DNA of 64,000 nucleotides from a virus: UHGV virus genome UHGV-0020019; one strand, 5' to 3'. Shown piece by piece: positions 58,776 to 64,000 of this stretch (position 1 is its first letter; each line of letters starts with the position of its first letter). The notes under the pieces were generated by a model. It saw only the letters and a program-made list of their open reading frames with translations, ran no database searches and was not told where the DNA came from. The position numbers and the translations under genes were made by a program.

Positions 58776-59396
58776 TTAATTTCTACTATTCATTAACCAA
58801 TCATCACCATCTACAATATCAGATGGTGCATCTTCTGTCTTATTTTCCAGGAATGTTGCCAAGTCTGAGATTTCCTCTACATGTACTTCATCATCAGCCA
58901 TCAGCTTTCTGTCATCTTTCATGATGAAGTATTTTGATAGACGCATGCCTCTATAACCCTTAGGTGCGTAAGAAGCTACATATCTCTTGGTAGCATCAAT
59001 AATATCCTCATCAGCAACATCACCATAGATAGTAAGGAATTTCTTGAGTTTATTCTTAATCTCAGTTTTATTACATCTGAAATAGAATGGTGATGCTATA
59101 CCATTTGGGTATATCATTTTTTGCTTAGGAAAACAATTCTGAAGCTTAACAGCCAAGGAGTCTAATCTTTCATCACTAAGGTTTGTAATACCCTTAGATT
59201 CATCTGAATTTAATTTCTTGATGATGCTTTTCCAATCAGAAAGAACTTCTGTGTGAGAACCATTGACAATACCCCTTAGAATCATATTGTTCATGGTTCT
59301 GTCATAACCTCCAAGGCTTACTGCTGTAGCAATGAGTACTTCCTGCAAGGTTAGCTTATTCTTTAAACATTGTGTTTCATTTAATACTATTTTCAT
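58776..59396 (-). CDS. hypothetical protein, paralogue B of a tandem pair
   Basis: Shares LTL(G/Q)E(F/V)L, LA(K/V)KLQN(I/C)FP, (K/D)ATK(E/R)YV(D/A)S(F/Y), L(L/S)KYFI(L/M)K with the 59415-59954 product. Confidence 0.5.
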   Translation of the reverse strand: MKIVLNETQCLKNKLTLQEVLIATAVSLGGYDRTMNNMILRGIVNGSHTEVLSDWKSIIKKLNSDESKGITNLSDERLDSLAVKLQNCFPKQKMIYPNGIASPFYFRCNKTEIKNKLKKFLTIYGDVADEDIIDATKRYVASYAPKGYRGMRLSKYFIMKDDRKLMADDEVHVEEISDLATFLENKTEDAPSDIVDGDDWLMNSRN

Positions 59397-59414
59397 ATTA
59401 TTTAGAGTTTGATG

Positions 59415-59954
59415 TTATCTGTTATTTTCTATAATGGTCATAAACATGGAATCTATGCTTTTATCATTATGTGTTTTAAGAATAAAATATTTAAGTAATT
59501 GCATTTTTTCTTTATCTTCACTAAAAGAATCTACATATTCCTTAGTAGCTTTGAGGGCTTCTTCTTCTGTGAAGGAGAAATGATGAATGACAACTAAAGC
59601 TCTTAGTTTTTGAGCTATAGTTTCCGTTTTATCTCTCCAAGAGTATGTTGTACCAGACCTACATCCTTGAGGAAAGATGTTTTGCAGCTTCTTAGCTAAC
59701 TCTGTAAAATCTATAGTACTCTCTTTTACTCTATTATCAGATTTTAGGAGAATACTTGTTACTAAGTTTCTTGTATTGTTGGATAGTACCATAGAGTCTT
59801 TGTCAAAGAGATTTTTGCTGATAATACCTTTTTCAACGAGTTTATCAAAGTTCTCTTTGTACTTGACATTACAATATCCAAACAACATTACAAGAAATTC
59901 ACCAAGGGTAAGATTACTCCTTTGCAGTATTTCTGTATCTATTGTTATTTTCAT
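59415..59954 (-). CDS. hypothetical protein, paralogue A of a tandem pair
   Basis: See paralogue B. Confidence 0.5.
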   Translation of the reverse strand: MKITIDTEILQRSNLTLGEFLVMLFGYCNVKYKENFDKLVEKGIISKNLFDKDSMVLSNNTRNLVTSILLKSDNRVKESTIDFTELAKKLQNIFPQGCRSGTTYSWRDKTETIAQKLRALVVIHHFSFTEEEALKATKEYVDSFSEDKEKMQLLKYFILKTHNDKSIDSMFMTIIENNR

Positions 59955-59971
59955 GTTTCATATCTTTATAA

Positions 59972-60005
59972 ATGCAAAAAGCACAACCCAATGAAGGATT
60001 GTGCT
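59972..60005 (-). terminator. putative rho-independent terminator (minus orientation)
   Basis: In minus sense: AGCACAA-12 nt loop-TTGTGCT followed by TTTTTGCATTT; between the 60028 gene and the paralogue pair. Confidence 0.4.
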
Positions 60006-60027
60006 CTTATGTTAATGCTGTTTATTT

Positions 60028-60402
60028 TTAATCTAATAAATTTCCTAATGGACCATCTTTCTTATACCATTTACTTATAGGATAGCTTTCATCATAAAGT
60101 CCCTTACCATCATAAAACTCTTCATAAGTAATGGCGGAATCAATGAGTTCTTTTTCAATACAGTATTTATATAAAGTTCTGAAGCATTTATCAATTATCT
60201 GATTAACTTCTTCTGGATAATAATTACTTGCATATCTTAAAGGAAGATGTCTAAACCATATTTTTGCACTGTGAAATGTGAAGTCTTTGTCTTTAATATC
60301 TACTAATAATTTTTGATATATAGATTCATAATAATCACAAGTCTTTCTTAGTGCATTTTTGACATCTTCATCACTATGAATTTCATCAGTTATTATATAC
60401 AT
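60028..60402 (-). CDS. hypothetical protein
   Basis: ORF in track. Confidence 0.4.
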   Translation of the reverse strand: MYIITDEIHSDEDVKNALRKTCDYYESIYQKLLVDIKDKDFTFHSAKIWFRHLPLRYASNYYPEEVNQIIDKCFRTLYKYCIEKELIDSAITYEEFYDGKGLYDESYPISKWYKKDGPLGNLLD

Positions 60403-60410
60403 ATTAATTA

Positions 60411-60665
60411 TTACCTATTAATAAACCAGCAAACTATAATAATATACAGTATTGTAATAATAATCATAATTAAAGTACCTATAAGATTAGACCAATGGTC
60501 ATTACACTTTCTTTGCATTTTACGAACTGCTTTGTGATCATAAGGCTTCATGTCTATTATCATACTATTAGGAAAATCTTTTGCTATTTTCTTATTGTAC
60601 CATACGTGAAATCTCTTATACTTATATATTATGCTTTTTATATACTTTCTATTATTTAAAATCAT
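60411..60665 (-). CDS. small membrane protein (1 TM)
   Basis: IGTLIMIIITILYIIIVCWFI. Confidence 0.35.
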   Translation of the reverse strand: MILNNRKYIKSIIYKYKRFHVWYNKKIAKDFPNSMIIDMKPYDHKAVRKMQRKCNDHWSNLIGTLIMIIITILYIIIVCWFINR

Positions 60666-61002
60666 TCTTCTTTGTTTTCAATATCTTCCATATTAGTTTT
60701 AACCCACTCCAACTGTAGTCTCTTCTAACCATTAGTAAGAAAATAAGTAATAAACGTTTCTTATGGTTATGGAGATACTTTACATAGAAGTTATTCCACC
60801 ATGGTCTCTTTAAAGAACTGAGTTTCTTTTCAAGTTCTTCATTTGAAAGACTATCTAAATCCTTATTATAGGCACTTGGTGTAAACATAATTATATCTAA
60901 GTCAACGTTTATTCTTTCTTTAAATGTAAAAGAATAAAGACTTTTACAAAATAAGTATGTAGATATTAATTTCCTATTATGTTCTAATTCTTTATTATTC
61001 AT
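60652..61002 (-). CDS. hypothetical basic protein
   Basis: ORF in track; overlaps its neighbours. Confidence 0.35.
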   Translation of the reverse strand: MNNKELEHNRKLISTYLFCKSLYSFTFKERINVDLDIIMFTPSAYNKDLDSLSNEELEKKLSSLKRPWWNNFYVKYLHNHKKRLLLIFLLMVRRDYSWSGLKLIWKILKTKKNDFK

Positions 61003-62608
61003 GTTGTCTTCTATTTATTGAGGTTGCTATACCTATTGGGGCTGATATAGATAAGAAATTGTTTAATCCTTTCTTTATATTATCTACAGTAAGTATTTCA
61101 CCTAATTGTCTAAGATTCATAGGTGCAGTAGGTATGATTCTGTTATTCTTTGTATATTTATTCACAAAGGCATCTGTTGTCATACCTGCATCTTCTGCTA
61201 ATTGTCTTATAGCCATTAATCTAGCCCTCTTTTCTGTAGGTCTAATAAGGTAATTGTAAGTGTCTTGTATTTCCATAACTTTATCTATAGGAGTATTTTT
61301 TGGGAGATTGTTCAGTATATCATCCCAATCTATATTAGGAGTAATACTTTCATTATATCTCATAATGTCTCCAATAAAGTTAATATCTGGATCATTCTTA
61401 AATGGATATTTAACACTGTTGACAATATCATTTGCACCTGCATTTCCTGTAGCCCAATGTGAAAGTTCATGCATTATACTTTCATCAATTTCTTTTTTAG
61501 ATAAATCTTCCTGCAAGGTAATACCGTAATTAGGAGAGGAAGGCTCCACAGCGGAAAGTCCTAAAATATCAGAGTCTCCATTTATCTCAGACTTTACATG
61601 ACTAGGAAAATAACCATTGTTATTAACTTGTCTATTTGTTAAATCCTTCATGTAATCCCAATGATCTTCAAGACCTGCTCTTTGAAGTCTTTTTTGGTAT
61701 TCATTACTATTGATGAAGTTTGTATATTTCTTAGCAGCTTCAGCCCTTATTTCCATAGGAATTTCAGTTTCTCCTTTTAAAGGATAGGTTTGCTTTATTC
61801 CTATTGCAATATTTTCAGGAGAAATATTGGAATTAGAAATATTATCCAGTCCTAAATCAACATTTTCTACAGAAATAACTTTAATGGGATTTTTTGTAGT
61901 TTTTCTGGTTGTAAGCATTCTGTCAAACATATTAAAGTTCTTAGTCATTAATCCTATACCACCTGCCAAGTCCATGGCAGTTTCAGGAGTAAACTTACCT
62001 TGACTAACATCATAAGCACCTTTACCTGCAAAGCCAAGTCCAACAGCATTGTTAGCTAACTCTACAAGAGGATTGGCTAATACTTTAGTTACCCCACTTT
62101 TAACAGCTTGACCTGCTGCTGTACCTAATAATGTTTGACCAGTACCTGCTATCAAAGGAATAGATGCTACACCAAAGGGTATAGCTCCTGCTGCTTCTCC
62201 CCATGCTGCAAGATTAGGATGTTCTTTCTCCCATAAAGCATGTTCTTTGGCACCTCTTTCTGCATTTTCTTTCAAATGAGTATTGTATTCCCTATGAGGG
62301 AGATTATTCACCTGAATGTTGTCATTACTCATTGTAAGGTATCTGCTGAAAGAGTCAGCTAAGACATTTTGTTTCTTAGGAGCAGTAACAGTAACTTCAT
62401 CCAAATTATGAAAAGGCATTACAGGAATAGCAGAGTCATTACTGTCTAAAGTATAATAGCTGCCATTAGGAGCAGCAAACACTGTAGTAGGATTGACTTC
62501 TCCAGTATCACTCTGTATATCCCATTCTGCTGTAGGGTAGTAAGAACCTTGGAACATTATGGGATTAGTATAACTAAATCTTCTGGTCTTTGTTTTATTT
62601 CCAGCCAT
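60995..62608 (-). CDS. 537-aa protein with Gly-zipper segment and HExxH zincin-like motif; shares a module with the giant virion protein
   Basis: AGAIPFGVASIPLIAGTGQTLLGTAAGQ...VGLGFAGKGAY compared with the giant-protein segment VIPFGIGTVGKFL...GTAGALGIAYAY; IMHELSHW compared with ILHEVLHS in the 4151-aa protein. Confidence 0.55.
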   Translation of the reverse strand: MAGNKTKTRRFSYTNPIMFQGSYYPTAEWDIQSDTGEVNPTTVFAAPNGSYYTLDSNDSAIPVMPFHNLDEVTVTAPKKQNVLADSFSRYLTMSNDNIQVNNLPHREYNTHLKENAERGAKEHALWEKEHPNLAAWGEAAGAIPFGVASIPLIAGTGQTLLGTAAGQAVKSGVTKVLANPLVELANNAVGLGFAGKGAYDVSQGKFTPETAMDLAGGIGLMTKNFNMFDRMLTTRKTTKNPIKVISVENVDLGLDNISNSNISPENIAIGIKQTYPLKGETEIPMEIRAEAAKKYTNFINSNEYQKRLQRAGLEDHWDYMKDLTNRQVNNNGYFPSHVKSEINGDSDILGLSAVEPSSPNYGITLQEDLSKKEIDESIMHELSHWATGNAGANDIVNSVKYPFKNDPDINFIGDIMRYNESITPNIDWDDILNNLPKNTPIDKVMEIQDTYNYLIRPTEKRARLMAIRQLAEDAGMTTDAFVNKYTKNNRIIPTAPMNLRQLGEILTVDNIKKGLNNFLSISAPIGIATSINRRQHE

Positions 62609-62627
62609 AATAAATTCAATTTTATGG

Positions 62628-62644
62628 CAAAGTTAACAAAAGTA
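62628..62644 (-). promoter_or_regulatory. two overlapping Bacteroides-type -7 boxes (TAACTTTG, TACTTTTG) 20-29 nt upstream of the 62608 ATG
   Basis: rc of caaagtta / caaaagta; TAnnTTTG consensus. Confidence 0.3.
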
Positions 62645-62700
62645 GAAGAAAATACAAAGAATTATAATAAATCTCTTATATTTCCTCTACTTTTTTGTTA

Positions 62701-63921
62701 TCATTTATGGTCTGAAAGAAAAGTTGACAGTTCTTGAATAGAGTGTATTGTAGAAATAAACTTCTTATTGAAATCTTTAATCATTTCCTGGACTATCTCT
62801 TCCTCTCTTGTATTCTCATAGTAAGGCATGATGATAATAGGGGATTTATGACGAAGACTTCTTCCTATTCTCTGAGGACCTATGGATTCTGAAGCTGAAT
62901 AATTGGCAAATATTGCGTATTTACAATCAACAAGGTTGGCACCTTCATTAAGAACATTTACTGATACAATGTGATTAATCTTCTTGGCATTGAAGTTATC
63001 ATAGATAATTTCAGAGTCTTTGTTCTTTGAATGAATGCAGTACTGACCTAAGCATTCTGCCTGTTCTATGGTCTTACAGAAGGTGATGGTTCTTTCTTTC
63101 TCTAACCTTTGAAGAATAGATAATATAATGTTATTTTTCAAATTAGCAAGGTACTTGATTCTCTCACCACAGTCAAAAAGCCATTTATTCTTTAGAAACT
63201 CATGTCTGGTTCTTCTGTATCTGTTCTTTTCATAGAGTATCAGAGAATTATATTCATTTACTTTTTGCCTAGGTGTACAGGATATAAGGGCATGGACTTT
63301 CATCTTTTTGTATTTCCAAAGTTCATTATAGTTGCCATAATGAATTTTTCCCTTTGCTTTAGGATTGAGTTCTATAGATTCTGTAGGATGAACATTATCA
63401 AGCTGAAGAGGGTAGAGAATAATCTGAGGTTCAGGAAGAACTTCATCTTCAATGGCATCAACTATACTACAGGTTACTACTTCTGCATGATACTCATATT
63501 GAAAATACTGCTTGAGTTTCTTAGGAATAGTAGCACTAAGACCAATGACATTATCATAAGTAAGAGTGCTAAAGAGATCCAGACGCTTATTACTATTAAG
63601 ATGATGACATTCATCCATCACTATGAAATCAAAAGATTCATACTCATGCTTCTTCAAGGACTCATAGCACTCAATGGTAAGGTCATCAACATTGATGCCT
63701 CCCCATTTCTTAAACTCATCTTTCCAAGTTTGCTTATGTACTATCTTTGCTACCAAGAGAAGCATTGATGTATGCTTCCCTTGATATTTAGTTTCTATAA
63801 GATGATTTACCAATGAAATTGCTAATGCTGTTTTTCCAAAACCTGTTGCCAACTCCAATAATAGGAAATTAGACTTTTTTAGTTTAGTCAAACATTCAGA
63901 ATAAATTTCTTGTCTTGTCAT
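62701..63921 (-). CDS. SF2 DEAD/DEAH-box family DNA helicase
   Basis: Motif I LATGFGKTA, II VMDECHH, III GLSATI, VI GPQRIGRSLR. Confidence 0.75.
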   Translation of the reverse strand: MTRQEIYSECLTKLKKSNFLLLELATGFGKTALAISLVNHLIETKYQGKHTSMLLLVAKIVHKQTWKDEFKKWGGINVDDLTIECYESLKKHEYESFDFIVMDECHHLNSNKRLDLFSTLTYDNVIGLSATIPKKLKQYFQYEYHAEVVTCSIVDAIEDEVLPEPQIILYPLQLDNVHPTESIELNPKAKGKIHYGNYNELWKYKKMKVHALISCTPRQKVNEYNSLILYEKNRYRRTRHEFLKNKWLFDCGERIKYLANLKNNIILSILQRLEKERTITFCKTIEQAECLGQYCIHSKNKDSEIIYDNFNAKKINHIVSVNVLNEGANLVDCKYAIFANYSASESIGPQRIGRSLRHKSPIIIMPYYENTREEEIVQEMIKDFNKKFISTIHSIQELSTFLSDHK

Positions 63922-63940
63922 TATTTAAATGATTAACTGA

Positions 63941-64000
63941 TTATGCCACTGATTCATGAGCATCCATTCTTGAAAGTTCTTCATCAGCTTCAAGATTCAT
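63941..64000 (-). CDS. 3' end (last ~19 codons) of a minus-strand gene that starts beyond the right window edge
   Basis: In-frame open rc ...NLEADEELSRMDAHESVA* with stop at ~63941. Confidence 0.3.
   Translation of the reverse strand: MNLEADEELSRMDAHESVA

Noticed and set aside
63202-63768. 188-aa plus-strand ORF
   Set aside because: Antisense within the SF2 helicase gene, whose motifs I-VI are collinear and intact.
1-64000. tRNA genes, CRISPR arrays, reverse transcriptase/DGR repeats, terminal repeats
   Set aside because: No intergenic segment is long enough or shows cloverleaf-compatible structure, and no repeat-spacer periodicity was seen by eye. No RT motif (YxDD) in any ORF. A systematic tRNAscan and repeat search was not possible.

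Overview
This 64-kb AT-rich window reads as a tailed-phage genome segment, most consistent with a crAss-like (Crassvirales-type) podophage of a Bacteroidales host; the lineage call is inference from gene content and from several TAnnTTTG Bacteroides-type -7 promoter boxes. Two modules dominate. (1) Positions 1-33721, minus strand, carry three tandem giant ORFs of >2130 aa (partial), 1298 aa and 4151 aa, typical of the ejected virion-protein / virion-RNAP block of crAss-like phages. The 4151-aa ORF is unusual: a single reading frame joins an N-terminal HExxH zincin-like module, a complete SF1 Dda/RecD-like helicase core and, near residue 3310, an SDFDVD aspartate triad resembling the RNAP beta-prime NADFDGD catalytic motif. 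The giant block is split by an opposite-strand island at 6.7-17.3 kb: membrane proteins, an HTH protein, an 805-aa portal-like protein with a poly-Q CAG tract, a lipoprotein followed by a two-domain GH24 lysozyme bounded by a promoter and a bidirectional terminator, and a small mixed-orientation accessory patch. (2) Positions 34-64 kb, minus strand, form a densely packed, often ATGA-coupled replication and nucleotide-metabolism module. It encodes SF2 helicase, DnaB-like ATPase, Sak4-like AAA ATPase, DnaG-type primase, family-A DNA polymerase, RecB-like and small PD-(D/E)xK nucleases, UDG, NrdD/NrdG anaerobic RNR, dUTPase and ThyX. Embedded in it is the most intriguing unit: an E1-like ThiF/MoeB adenylyltransferase directly followed by a JAMM/MPN+ metallopeptidase with an exact HxHx7Sx2D motif, flanked by two unassignable proteins and preceded by its own terminator. 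This looks like a candidate phage-encoded ubiquitin-like conjugation/deconjugation or anti-defence system. Other points: a retropepsin-like DTGS aspartic protease coupled to the polymerase gene, a NUMOD3-like homing-endonuclease remnant, a tandem paralogue pair, a 537-aa HExxH protein sharing a Gly-zipper segment with the partial giant protein, and two unannotated micro-ORFs. All sub-gene coordinates derived by eye are approximate (+/-2 nt).
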